Assembly: GCA_029856155.1 (NCBI GenBank)
Contig: JAHQWL010000085.1
Location: 1-64,000 of the forward strand
DNA length: 64,000 nt
Reading direction: 5' to 3'
DNA from: Promethearchaeia archaeon
GTDB taxonomy: Archaea; Asgardarchaeota; Lokiarchaeia; Sigyniarchaeales; SOKP01
In this document: in pieces, positions 50,086 to 60,499 of the stretch
Position numbering within the stretch: position 1 is the stretch's first letter
Layout: the number at the start of each line of letters is the position of its first letter
The notes under the pieces: model-generated
The model's input: only the letters and a program-made list of their open reading frames with translations
Told to the model about the DNA's origin: nothing
The model's database searches: none
Translations under genes and position numbers: made by a program

Positions 50086-50099
50086 GTTAGGTTCTTAAT
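50086..50099. promoter_or_regulatory. Degenerate operator copy GTTAGGTTCTTAAT upstream of marR (probable autoregulation)
   Basis: 11/14 match to GTTAGGATCCTAAC. Confidence 0.6.
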
Positions 50100-50256
50100 A
50101 ATTTATATCCTTATAATTTTAATAGCTCTTACTATTTTATATTTTTTGTGGTTCTGAATAGGTTTATAAAATCTTTCAATTATCTATGCTAGTTAATTTT
50201 AAATACTTCTCTTTATATCTAATACTAAATTTTAATTTAAAAAATTGGTAATCTTA

Positions 50257-50844
50257 ATGGAAAATAGTGATGAAGTAAGTGAAAAGCAGTTGTGGAAAAG
50301 AATTTGGAGTGAATTTCGAATACCACTTATAGTAGTAATTCTAGCTGGTATTTGTGCTATCATCGGAGCTCTTCTTGTTCTCTTTTGGTTTATAAGGATA
50401 ACACCTCTTGGTTATTATGGTACTGCCCCTATTGGATTATGGAGAATGAATTGGGTCGTTGGGTTTATGATCCTTTTAGCTCTATTCGAGCTTTTATTTA
50501 TTGGTGTTCCAGCGGGATTATTTTTCGGTCTAGGCGGATATTTATGGTGGCGTAATTTGGCTCCTGAAAAAAAGCAATTTTTCAAAGACAGAGAAAAGAA
50601 AAAGACCCATAGAAAGCAAGAATATGGTGGTGGGGGTGGATTTGGATTCTTTATGTTCATATTTTATTGTATTTATCTTGCCTTTGATGGTCATTACAAT
50701 GCTCCTTTTGGTAGTGAACCCTATACTTATTGGATTTATGCATGGTTTTTAACAATCATGTGGCTCTTGATATATGTTGGAATCCCAGCAGCAATAATTT
50801 GCCTTATTTTATACTTTACTAAGTGGCGAAAAATACCTGAATAA
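50257..50844 (+). CDS. Hypothetical four-TM membrane protein
   Basis: Hydrophobic helices with a basic loop and GGGGG. Confidence 0.7.
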   Translation: MENSDEVSEKQLWKRIWSEFRIPLIVVILAGICAIIGALLVLFWFIRITPLGYYGTAPIGLWRMNWVVGFMILLALFELLFIGVPAGLFFGLGGYLWWRNLAPEKKQFFKDREKKKTHRKQEYGGGGGFGFFMFIFYCIYLAFDGHYNAPFGSEPYTYWIYAWFLTIMWLLIYVGIPAAIICLILYFTKWRKIPE

Positions 50845-50927
50845 ATAAAACTCTCCTTTTTTTTTTTTTTAAGAGAATGATAAAAAAAAAATAAAGATAT
50901 TTTTAGCTCTGAAATTTGAGAAACTAT

Positions 50928-52235
50928 TTAATTCTTAGCCATCGCTGTTATAGTTTTATCTTTAGGTTCTGGTACAAATTGCAGTGCTATAAAAACACCA
51001 ATAAATGCTACTAAGCTTAAGAGCATCCCCACACCTAATGCTTGTAGAGAAATGAATGGATGTAATAATCTTTCTGCTGTTGTAGTATAAGGATTAAGAG
51101 AATCAGAAATTGCACCTACCATAAAACCACCAAAACTTGCCCCTCGAGCTATTGAAAAAATAATTGAATTAGCTGAAGCTCTAATTTCTGTATCATATAA
51201 TTCAGAAGACCATACTCCAAAGATGCCATGCAATGCAAAACCAATAGTAATAACTCCACCAGCTATTATAAGCAATGTATTATTGAAAATTAAGAAACCA
51301 AATATGCCAAATAATACTCCTCCAGTGATACCAATTAAGTTATCTATTAAAAATGCTTTTTTCCTACCTATATAATCGCTCAGTGCCCCAAAAGAAAACA
51401 ACATCACAGCGGCTATTACCATATAAATTAACATGATAAGCAGAGCACTAGTTTCAGGATTTGCCGCACCTGAATAGGTAAATAAATATTCAAAAAATAC
51501 CGGGGCAAAATCAACTAGAGTATGATATGCCGTTTCAGCAAACCAGAAAAGAATTGTTAGTAAAATCGTTAATTTGAGCCATTTCTTACCAAAGACTTCC
51601 CTTATTCTTATTTTTTGCTTAACTTGTTTCTCCTTAGTTATTTTGTCGTATTCTGACCAGACTTCTGATTCAGGTAAAGCAAACCAAAATAGAACAAGGA
51701 AGGGTATTGGAAATAAAGCAGTAAGAAAACAATATTGCCATCCTAAGGGTCCAATCAACATTGTTGTGAGAATAGCGGCAATGTAACCTATTACAAAAGT
51801 AGAATGAACCAATCCTCCTGCAGCTCCTCTTCTTTTTGTTGTAAAATACTCAGAGATTATTGAAAAGGATATTCCCCAACTCACACCTAATCCAGAAAGC
51901 ATACGTAATATGGCAAAAAGGAGAAAACTATTGCGAGGAACAAAAGCTGTAGAAGCTGAAAAAATAGCATCCCAAGCAATTGACAAAATCAAAGCTTTTT
52001 TTCTGCCAAATCTATCACCAATTTCACCAAATAATATTGCTCCTGGTACAGTACAAACAAATTGTAATGAAATAACTAGTCCAATCGCAGTATCTCCTAC
52101 ACTAAAATAATCTTTTAATCTTTGAGCAAGAGTACTTATTAATACAAGTGAGTATCCATCATGCATCCAAGCAATTATTGCGGCTAGCATAACAACCATT
52201 AAAATACCTTTTGAATAAGATTTTTCTTCACTCAT
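50928..52235 (-). CDS. MFS transporter (sugar/aromatic acid type)
   Basis: DGY, GDRFGRK, SE...RRG, LPES, SDYIGRK, ELY...RA. Confidence 0.9.
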   Translation of the reverse strand: MSEEKSYSKGILMVVMLAAIIAWMHDGYSLVLISTLAQRLKDYFSVGDTAIGLVISLQFVCTVPGAILFGEIGDRFGRKKALILSIAWDAIFSASTAFVPRNSFLLFAILRMLSGLGVSWGISFSIISEYFTTKRRGAAGGLVHSTFVIGYIAAILTTMLIGPLGWQYCFLTALFPIPFLVLFWFALPESEVWSEYDKITKEKQVKQKIRIREVFGKKWLKLTILLTILFWFAETAYHTLVDFAPVFFEYLFTYSGAANPETSALLIMLIYMVIAAVMLFSFGALSDYIGRKKAFLIDNLIGITGGVLFGIFGFLIFNNTLLIIAGGVITIGFALHGIFGVWSSELYDTEIRASANSIIFSIARGASFGGFMVGAISDSLNPYTTTAERLLHPFISLQALGVGMLLSLVAFIGVFIALQFVPEPKDKTITAMAKN

Positions 52236-52312
52236 TTTAAGCCTCTCTATAGAAATTTATTATAATAAATAGTTAAATATAGCCTTTTCATCTATTTAAA
52301 TCTATAAAAAAA

Positions 52313-53842
52313 TTAGGTCCCAGCAATTCTCTTTGGATATCTTGTCTGAGCTTTTAAATTTTCTTGAAATAATTTAATCACAAGTTCAAATCGTTTATCT
52401 CTTAAACTACTATCATTCCATAAATTATTCATTTCATATGGATCTTTTTTACGATCATAAATTTCACCGAAATCGTTTAATCCTTCATAAATAGTTAGTT
52501 TATAATCCTCTGTTATTAAATGTCTCAATCTTACATTTAATATTCCTACTTCCTCATCATTTTCTATTAAACAACAATCCCTAGGTTGTAATTTATGATT
52601 TTCAGGTTCTTTTAAAACGGTAGTAATATCATATCCTTGCATATCAGGGGGTTGTTGACTTTCTTTTATCCTTAGAAGATTTAAAATAGTCTTAGGATAA
52701 TCAATAGAACTCATTAAGGAATTAGTTATTCCTGGTTTTGTAAGCCCTGGTACTCTCCATATCATTGGTATATGAAAAACACCCATATAAGTTGATGGAC
52801 CTTTGAAAATCATTCCGTGTTCACCCATCAAATCACCATGATCACTAGTATATATTACTATTGTATTATCAGCATACCCTAGTTTTTCAAGAGATGCTAA
52901 AATCTGGCCTACGCAATCGTCTATTAGGGAAATTGTTCCATAAGTATAAGCGATAAATTGTTTTACTTCTTCTTCTGTAGTTTCTCTTAACATAGCTCCT
53001 GGCATTACATTAATATATGGTGCTAGATATGGGTGATTCCGTAACTTCTCAAGATTGTCAAAATTTTTAGGCAAATCAATATCTTCTGGACTATACATAT
53101 CCTTATATTTACCTGGAGGCCATACTGGTTGATGGGGATCAGGGAAAGAGCAATGGACATAGAAAGGTTTTTTCCCATAATGTCCCTTGGAATGTCTTTC
53201 TAGAAAGGCAATAGTTCTTTCGGTTACATATGAACTAGAATATAATTCTACAGGTAAGTCATGTTCAGTAAAAACAGAAAAGAAATTATCTATATTTTTC
53301 CATCTTTCTCGCATTTTCTCTACCTGGAGAGGTGATCTTTCTTCTAACCAATCCAAATAATGACCACATAAACATGCACCATGACCTAATACTGTTTCAA
53401 CTTCTTGGTATCCATAATAGGGTATAGGAAAGTTTTCACGTACAGGATAATTGCCTTCTTGAGGAAATACCCAATCTTGAAAATGTTCTGTAGATTTATA
53501 GTAGAGTTTGTAAGGTGCCACATTAAATTGATGGTGTAATTTTCCAAATGCTGCAGTATACCATCCTTTCTTTACGAGTGTCTGAGTAATTGTAGGAACA
53601 TCTTTAGACAGAATCATTCCATTGCTTCGAACTCCATGAACGTTTGGATATAATCCCGTCAATAGCGTCGCTCTATTAGGCATACACATAGGATTAGTAC
53701 AGAAGGCATTAGTAAAATGTACCCCTTCACTTGATAATCTATCAATATTTGGTGTCTTCAAAATCGGATTTCCAGAGCAACTCAGATGGTCATATCTTTG
53801 TTGATCAGTAATTATAAATAAAACATTCATTCTTTCACTCAT
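52313..53842 (-). CDS. Cys-type (formylglycine) sulfatase, cytoplasmic
   Basis: IITDQQR, TPNID, CMPNRATLLTG, GKLH, PDPH, SDHG. Confidence 0.92.
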   Translation of the reverse strand: MSERMNVLFIITDQQRYDHLSCSGNPILKTPNIDRLSSEGVHFTNAFCTNPMCMPNRATLLTGLYPNVHGVRSNGMILSKDVPTITQTLVKKGWYTAAFGKLHHQFNVAPYKLYYKSTEHFQDWVFPQEGNYPVRENFPIPYYGYQEVETVLGHGACLCGHYLDWLEERSPLQVEKMRERWKNIDNFFSVFTEHDLPVELYSSSYVTERTIAFLERHSKGHYGKKPFYVHCSFPDPHQPVWPPGKYKDMYSPEDIDLPKNFDNLEKLRNHPYLAPYINVMPGAMLRETTEEEVKQFIAYTYGTISLIDDCVGQILASLEKLGYADNTIVIYTSDHGDLMGEHGMIFKGPSTYMGVFHIPMIWRVPGLTKPGITNSLMSSIDYPKTILNLLRIKESQQPPDMQGYDITTVLKEPENHKLQPRDCCLIENDEEVGILNVRLRHLITEDYKLTIYEGLNDFGEIYDRKKDPYEMNNLWNDSSLRDKRFELVIKLFQENLKAQTRYPKRIAGT

Positions 53843-53918
53843 AATAATCAAAAGATTTCATTTCTGCTTAAAATTCAAATTAATTCTATAATTATTTTAG
53901 GGAATCGTTTCATTCTTG

Positions 53919-55445
53919 TTATGTTCCAGCTATGCGTTTTGGATAATAGGATTGAGCATTAAGATTTTCGTGTAATAATTTATTTACTAATTCAAATCGT
54001 TTATCCTTAAAATTATCATTATACCATAAATTATTTAATTCATGAGGATCATTTTTTCGATCATAAATATCACCAAACTTACTAAGGCTATTATATATAG
54101 TCAATTTATAATTCTCGGTTATTAAATGACGTAATCTTGCTTTAAGAGTGCCTACTTCTTCATCATTTTCAATTAAAATACTATCTCTTATCTTCTCATC
54201 AGGATCTTTTAAAATTGGAGAAATATCATAACCTTGCATTTCAGGAGGATGGTATCTTTCCGGTATGTCTAAAAGGTTTAAAATTGTTTTGGGATAATCA
54301 ATTGAGCTGACTAGTGACTCAGACACGTCTCCAGGACTGGTTAATCCTGGCACTTTCCAAATTAAGGGTAGTTGTAGTACACCATTAAAAGGACAAGGAC
54401 CCTTAAATAAGAGCCCATGATCACCCATTAAATCCCCATGATCACTCATAAAAACAATTATTGTATTATCTGAAAGTTCCGATTTTTCCAATGAAGCTAG
54501 TATCTTTCCTATACTATAATCCACATATCCTATTGCTGCATATGTCAATGCTGTTATCTTGCGGACTTCTTCTTCCGTAGATTCACGTAAGAAAGCTCTT
54601 TTAAAAGGAGGATTTTTCAAATGGTAACCTAAGAATTCATGGTTGTATAAATTAGCAATATCATCAAAATTTGCGGGAATGGTTATGTCTTCTGGTTTAT
54701 ACATAGCTTGATATCTTTCAGGGGGATATAACGGATAATGCGGATCAGGAAATGAGCAATGTAAATAAAAGGGCTTATCTCCATAATTTCCCTTGTTGTA
54801 CCTTTCGAGAAATGCTAGGGTCCTTTCTGTTACCCACGTAGTATTATACAATTCTTCAGGTATCGCATCACAAAAAAGGCTAAATAAATTATCATAATTC
54901 ATTACTCGTTTCTTCATATCTTTTGCAATTTCAGGAGCTCTTTCCTCTAACCATTCTAAATAATGTCCCGCACAAACAGAACCATTTCCCGAAATCACTT
55001 CAACTTCTTCATAGCCATAATAAGGTATTGGAAAACTTTCTCTCACCGGATAAGTTATATCTCTATTAAGAGCCCAATCAGTTAAACTTTCTGCAGATCT
55101 ACTCCTATGTTTAAATGGCCCTAACCAATATTGATGATGTATTTTTCCAAAAGCAGCGGTATGCCATCCTCTTTTCTTAAGAGTTTGAATGATCGTTGGA
55201 ATATCTTTTCTTAAATTAATACCATTACTTCTAACGCCATGAACATTTGGGTATACTCCTGTAACCATAGTTGCTCTATTTGGCATACAGATGGGGTTTG
55301 TACAGAAATAATTCGTAAACCTAACGCCTTCTGCAGCTAATTTATCAAGGTTCGGAGTTCTCACTGTTGGACTACCCGCACAACCCATATGGTCTGCACG
55401 CATTGCATCAGTTATGATAAATAAGACGTTTAATTTTTCATTCAT
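53919..55445 (-). CDS. Cys-type sulfatase, tandem paralog
   Basis: CMPNRATMVTG, GKIH, PDPH, SDHG; same YPKRIAGT terminus. Confidence 0.92.
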   Translation of the reverse strand: MNEKLNVLFIITDAMRADHMGCAGSPTVRTPNLDKLAAEGVRFTNYFCTNPICMPNRATMVTGVYPNVHGVRSNGINLRKDIPTIIQTLKKRGWHTAAFGKIHHQYWLGPFKHRSRSAESLTDWALNRDITYPVRESFPIPYYGYEEVEVISGNGSVCAGHYLEWLEERAPEIAKDMKKRVMNYDNLFSLFCDAIPEELYNTTWVTERTLAFLERYNKGNYGDKPFYLHCSFPDPHYPLYPPERYQAMYKPEDITIPANFDDIANLYNHEFLGYHLKNPPFKRAFLRESTEEEVRKITALTYAAIGYVDYSIGKILASLEKSELSDNTIIVFMSDHGDLMGDHGLLFKGPCPFNGVLQLPLIWKVPGLTSPGDVSESLVSSIDYPKTILNLLDIPERYHPPEMQGYDISPILKDPDEKIRDSILIENDEEVGTLKARLRHLITENYKLTIYNSLSKFGDIYDRKNDPHELNNLWYNDNFKDKRFELVNKLLHENLNAQSYYPKRIAGT

Positions 55446-55645
55446 ACTTTTCGAAGCTTACTATGTAGTATAATATACAATTTTTGTATAAAAACCAGTC
55501 TTATAATATCATTACTATTTATGGAAATATATAACTATTGGAGATCTACATGAGAAGTTAGACTTATTTATCAAAAGCTATTAAATAAAAGAATTATTTT
55601 TTCTGAGGATTACCTTTAATTTGACAGTTGAAGCTAAAGAGAAAA

Positions 55646-56749
55646 TTAGTTCCTTACATTATTTTGTTTTATAATTATATTTCTTTTTTCTAGCTCTTTT
55701 TCCATCTTATCAAGATTTAGATCGGGGCATCCTTCTGGTGGAAATAAACCATGAGAGCTAATATCTTTATTAACAATCATTTGAGCTGTAATTGAAGCCG
55801 GTACTGAGGTGAGTTTTGCAACTTCTCCTATGACTGCGAATGATAAATGAACATTTTTCTGATTTTGTATACCAATAACATCAGTCTTAAAAGAAGAAAT
55901 AATCTCTCTCTCTTCTATTTTCCCAGTTATAAGAGGAAATATCTTCAGAAAGAATTTACAAACTAGTGTCATAATTTTTTCATGTTTTATCGGAATTATT
56001 TTATCAAGTACTTTAGTTAATAGAATATCTGATTCTGGTAGAATCCCTCCTTTGCAGATTGCTTCTTTTGTGTCTATATAACGTGGGAGTGTTACGGGCT
56101 CAGGATGCCCAACAAAATATAAAGGAACTGAGCCTAATGGATCGGGAAATTCAATAACCTCTCTATCAGTTAGGGCTCTGATATTAGTCCATTCTCCATT
56201 AATATATTGTGGGACTTTTCCCATAGCAATGTGAGCCCAGTGTGCTAACTGTCCAAAACCAATTGTTTCACCAGTATCCTCAAACCATAATACTCTTATA
56301 GATTCAACTTTATCTAATTGATTTGCTCCCATTTTTGCCATTATATTTGTAAGACCCGCTGATGCTCCTGAATTAATAAGAAAAGTTAAATTTTCACGCT
56401 CTACAAATTTATTCATTTTTAAGAATGTTAGAGTAGTATCATGATCATCGCATATATCGACATAATTAATTCCTGCTTGAATTGTTGCTCGAGGAATCCA
56501 ATCCCCAAACATGTAATACGGACCAATATTGTTTACTACTAATTTATGATCTTTAAGAATTTCTACTAGGTTTTCAAAATCCATAACATCTAATTTTTGA
56601 AAAGTAGCTCTTGTACCTAATTTCTCAGCAATCTTTTTACCTTCTCTTTCCCTTATATCCGCTAAAGTAACATTGAATCCGCTTTTTACTAGATCAAAAG
56701 CAATATATCTGCCAACTTCTCCACATGCACCTAAGATAATAATACTCAT
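55646..56749 (-). CDS. Saccharopine dehydrogenase-family oxidoreductase
   Basis: ILGACGEVG, NNIGPY, YVDI, GASAGLTN, HPEP.TL. Confidence 0.85.
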   Translation of the reverse strand: MSIIILGACGEVGRYIAFDLVKSGFNVTLADIREREGKKIAEKLGTRATFQKLDVMDFENLVEILKDHKLVVNNIGPYYMFGDWIPRATIQAGINYVDICDDHDTTLTFLKMNKFVERENLTFLINSGASAGLTNIMAKMGANQLDKVESIRVLWFEDTGETIGFGQLAHWAHIAMGKVPQYINGEWTNIRALTDREVIEFPDPLGSVPLYFVGHPEPVTLPRYIDTKEAICKGGILPESDILLTKVLDKIIPIKHEKIMTLVCKFFLKIFPLITGKIEEREIISSFKTDVIGIQNQKNVHLSFAVIGEVAKLTSVPASITAQMIVNKDISSHGLFPPEGCPDLNLDKMEKELEKRNIIIKQNNVRN

Positions 56750-56769
56750 CTATTACCATCCTTTTTAGA

Positions 56770-57156
56770 TTATATTCTCTTAAAAATTAGTCCTTCTTTT
56801 TTTAATAATAGTATCATAAATAAAGACCATAACAAATCATATGGAATAGCGAATAGGAGAATCACAAGAAATTCTGGATATTCAAATATATTAATAAGAC
56901 TAAAAATAACCATAATAACCCTTACTAAAATATTTACTAAAGGAATTATTTTAAATTTCTCTACATCTCGGGCAGAATATATTAGAAGGATACCATAGCA
57001 TAATAAAAAAGAACCCGCCATTTGTGTAAATATGGGTATGTTTTCCAGTCCTATTTGTTCAAAAAGAATATCTAAAACCATAAATAACAAACCTATAACT
57101 ATTTCTACAATTCCACCTAAAACTACTAAAATTTTCAAAATTTTTTTAGAACTCAT
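56770..57156 (-). CDS. Small four-TM membrane protein
   Basis: Hydrophobic; co-oriented in an operon. Confidence 0.65.
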   Translation of the reverse strand: MSSKKILKILVVLGGIVEIVIGLLFMVLDILFEQIGLENIPIFTQMAGSFLLCYGILLIYSARDVEKFKIIPLVNILVRVIMVIFSLINIFEYPEFLVILLFAIPYDLLWSLFMILLLKKEGLIFKRI

Positions 57157-57182
57157 AATTTCTAATTAATTTCTCCTTCTTT

Positions 57183-58358
57183 TTAACAATTTTTAAGAGG
57201 TGTCATGAACCCACCCGCAGTTCTTTTTGTCAATGGAGTCATTGATTCACACTCTTTAATATCCACCTTTTCATCGAAAAAAAATTGCCCTATTTCTTTC
57301 ATTTGAGAATATAAAACATTATGTAGATCATTTTCAATTGATTGGAATAAGTGAAATTTAACTAGAGGTTTTGGTTTTTCTTCTGTATCCCATACTCCGA
57401 TAGCAATACCATCTAAAAATATAGTCGCTGTGATATTTCCAGAACGATCAAAAATCTTGTTATAATTCTTAGGATCAATATACCTATCTCGGTTTTTATA
57501 TCCCATAGGATATGGATCAAGTTCAGGCAATAATATTAATGATGATTTTCCCGTAAATAGTTTATTATTCAAAATATTTAGATCTTCTTTAGCTATTATA
57601 AAAGGTGCCTGTATTGTAGAAATTTTGACTTTATTAAGTTGTAGCTCAATACTTTTCAAAACATCTTTAATTTTTGTTTTTGTTAAACCTGTCCACCAAG
57701 ATATATCGGTTTCTGTCACAGGTCCATACGCTTTTATATATTTTTCTACAAGCATTTCTATTGCCTCTTTCTCGTTTAGTTTGTTTAAATCTAGTCCTGG
57801 AAAATAATCATTAAAAAGAGCATAATTATTTCTCCTATCTTTCCAGTCTTTGATTGGTTTTCCCCTGATTAACAATCCATGATTACACATAACATGGATT
57901 ATTGCTGGTATATTTGAGGTTGAATTTAATTCTTTTCGTATTTCAGCGGCAGATAATTCTCTTCCTTGCAGTATTTTTAAAATATTTTCTGATATTTCTT
58001 GATATTTTCTCAATGAAACTTTATGAAAATCCATATATTTCTCTAAATTTTTCTCATTTAGGTTAAATGTTGCAGTATAAATTATAGGAATCCAATCTTT
58101 AGATTCAATAAATAGAGTTCTCCTCATCCCCCGTATTCTAGCAAGGTTTTTTTTTTCATAAAGCTCTACCTCTAAGGATAATTTCTTAAATCTATTAGTT
58201 CTCGCAAAAAGAGATAAATAGGAAGTTTTGAGATCAGTTGAATGCAAACCACAAATATCCTCTGTAATCTGAATAATATCCTCAATTTTTGAATCTTGAG
58301 TTAGGTGGTGCTTTCTTAATATTAATTTATTAACTTGATCTAAATCTAAAATTTGCAT
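57183..58358 (-). CDS. HTH_42 / AlkZ-YcaQ-like winged-helix DNA glycosylase family protein
   Basis: GLHSTD...YLSLFAR, MRRTLF, YGPVT..DI.WWTG, LPELDPY.MGY, G.W. Confidence 0.85.
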   Translation of the reverse strand: MQILDLDQVNKLILRKHHLTQDSKIEDIIQITEDICGLHSTDLKTSYLSLFARTNRFKKLSLEVELYEKKNLARIRGMRRTLFIESKDWIPIIYTATFNLNEKNLEKYMDFHKVSLRKYQEISENILKILQGRELSAAEIRKELNSTSNIPAIIHVMCNHGLLIRGKPIKDWKDRRNNYALFNDYFPGLDLNKLNEKEAIEMLVEKYIKAYGPVTETDISWWTGLTKTKIKDVLKSIELQLNKVKISTIQAPFIIAKEDLNILNNKLFTGKSSLILLPELDPYPMGYKNRDRYIDPKNYNKIFDRSGNITATIFLDGIAIGVWDTEEKPKPLVKFHLFQSIENDLHNVLYSQMKEIGQFFFDEKVDIKECESMTPLTKRTAGGFMTPLKNC

Positions 58359-58472
58359 TATTACATCTAAATATTGGATGGATTTTAAGAATATAATCAT
58401 TATATTTAAATTTATAATAAGCGATAAAACTTATACAAATAGAATACTATTACTGTATTATATTAAAATTGG

Positions 58473-59813
58473 ATGATGGTTATTCTCAGAAAAAAGAAAT
58501 TAAAACTATTTTTCAAAATATTATTTTTTATACTAATTCTAATTTATCCTTCATTCTTGTTTATTAGTTTCGAATTTAAACCTCAAAAAGAAATTAGTAA
58601 AAATTTAAAATCCTCAAGTAGTACTGCGGCTAAAAGCATAATATTAATGATTGGGGATGGACTGGGTTTTGAACATTTAAAACTGGCAAGATGGGTAGAA
58701 ATGGGTAAAAATAATCCATTCCTCGTCGAAAAATTGCCGTTTCATCTTGATGTTACTACTTATAGTGCTGATAATTTAATTACTGATTCAGCTGCAGCCG
58801 CAACAGCAATAGCTACGGGTAATAAAACCAATAATGGAATGATCGCAGTTTCACCTTTATTTAAACCTTTAGAAACAATTCTTGAGATTTCTCGTCAGTA
58901 TGCAAGATCCACAGGAATAATAACTACAACTTCAGTTACTCACGCGACTCCTGCGGCTTTTATAACTCATGTGAAATCAAGATCAAATATTACAGAAATA
59001 TCTCGTCAGATTATAGAAAATTCAAGTATTAATATTCTACTAGGAGGAGGAAAGGACCATTTCTCAGCATCACAATTAATACAATTAGAAGCAAATGGAT
59101 ATAATTTAATTGAAAACCGTTCTGAGTTAATTAAAGCAAATTCTAGTAATATTATTGGATTATTTGCTCCTACACAGCTACCTTATGAGATTAGTCGTGA
59201 TGAAGAAGTAATTCCATCATTATCAGAGATGACAACTAAAGCTTTAGAAATACTTTCTCAAGATCCAGAAGGTTTTTTTCTAATGGTTGAAGGAGGACTA
59301 ATAGATCATGGTGGCCATGCAAATAATAAAACTAATGTCGCATTAGAAACAATTGAATTTAGTAAAGCTGTTAATAATGCAATATCCTTCTCTAAATCAA
59401 GAAATAATGTATTATTAATAGTAACTGCTGACCATGAAACAGGAGGTTTAAGAATTCTAAATGACACATTAAACAATGTTATTCCTTCATCTAATAAAAC
59501 ACCTGAAGAAAATAGAGTAATTAGATTTGAAAGAATTAATAATATCTCTGTTAGTTGGACTACTACTTATCATACTAATTTGGATGTTCCTTTTTTTGGA
59601 TACAGAATAGATTTTTATGGGCTTAATAATCTAAGTGTAATTGACAATACTGAAATTTTTAACATAATGAAAGCGTTTATATCTGATGGTTCCATTAATG
59701 ATTCTGATTTTGCCCATATTATATTAATAGGTGTAGGAATTACAGGTTTCTCAATTGCGGGGATAGTAATTTTATATTCGATTAAAAATAAGAAAATCCA
59801 AAAAAAAAAATGA
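58473..59813 (+). CDS. Alkaline phosphatase, membrane anchored
   Basis: MIGDG, TDSAAAATA, THATPA, VEGG.IDH..H, TADHETGG, HT. Confidence 0.93.
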   Translation: MMVILRKKKLKLFFKILFFILILIYPSFLFISFEFKPQKEISKNLKSSSSTAAKSIILMIGDGLGFEHLKLARWVEMGKNNPFLVEKLPFHLDVTTYSADNLITDSAAAATAIATGNKTNNGMIAVSPLFKPLETILEISRQYARSTGIITTTSVTHATPAAFITHVKSRSNITEISRQIIENSSINILLGGGKDHFSASQLIQLEANGYNLIENRSELIKANSSNIIGLFAPTQLPYEISRDEEVIPSLSEMTTKALEILSQDPEGFFLMVEGGLIDHGGHANNKTNVALETIEFSKAVNNAISFSKSRNNVLLIVTADHETGGLRILNDTLNNVIPSSNKTPEENRVIRFERINNISVSWTTTYHTNLDVPFFGYRIDFYGLNNLSVIDNTEIFNIMKAFISDGSINDSDFAHIILIGVGITGFSIAGIVILYSIKNKKIQKKK

Positions 59814-59822
59814 TAATAACTA

Positions 59823-60386
59823 CTACTTTAGTTTATTAAGTAAAAAAGCAAAATTTTTACCTAAATTTTCAAATGTCCTTATACCTTCTTCATCATCTAA
59901 CACTTCTCCTGGCGCTCGTCCAATGCCTACATTCCAATAAGTTGATCCTACTACAAACATCTGTTTAATAAGGAAGAAGTAATTGATGCTGGAAAACACG
60001 TGATTTGCACCAGCTCTCCTAACTGCTACGACTGCTGCACCAACTTTATGTTTTAGGTAACCACCAGTAGCATACCCGGCACGTTCTATTAATGCTTTTG
60101 TGCTTGTTGATAAATCAGAGAAATATGTGGGGGACCCAATGATTATTCCATCAGAATTTAACATTTTTTCAATATAATCATTCATTTTATCTCCTGTCAA
60201 TGCACACCGTTGATCATCATTTTCTATGCATTTCATGCAAGCCGTACAGCCTTGCAATTTTTCCATACCAATCCAGTTATAATCACATTCAATGCCAGCT
60301 GCTTTCAATTCATCCATAACTACATTTAAGCAATGATATGTATTTCCTTTTTTTCTTGGACTTCCATTAAATAATACTACTTTCAT
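59823..60386 (-). CDS. Iron-sulfur flavoprotein / flavodoxin family
   Basis: NGSPRKKGNT, CTACMKC...C, GSPTYF, RRAG. Confidence 0.9.
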   Translation of the reverse strand: MKVVLFNGSPRKKGNTYHCLNVVMDELKAAGIECDYNWIGMEKLQGCTACMKCIENDDQRCALTGDKMNDYIEKMLNSDGIIIGSPTYFSDLSTSTKALIERAGYATGGYLKHKVGAAVVAVRRAGANHVFSSINYFFLIKQMFVVGSTYWNVGIGRAPGEVLDDEEGIRTFENLGKNFAFLLNKLK

Positions 60387-60499
60387 TTTTGTATCCCTTT
60401 TTAAAATATTTTATTAATTTATTTTCAATAATTCATTTAACACTTTCATTTTTTATAAAAACTATGTTAAATTTAAGGGGACACTAAATTTCTTTAGAA

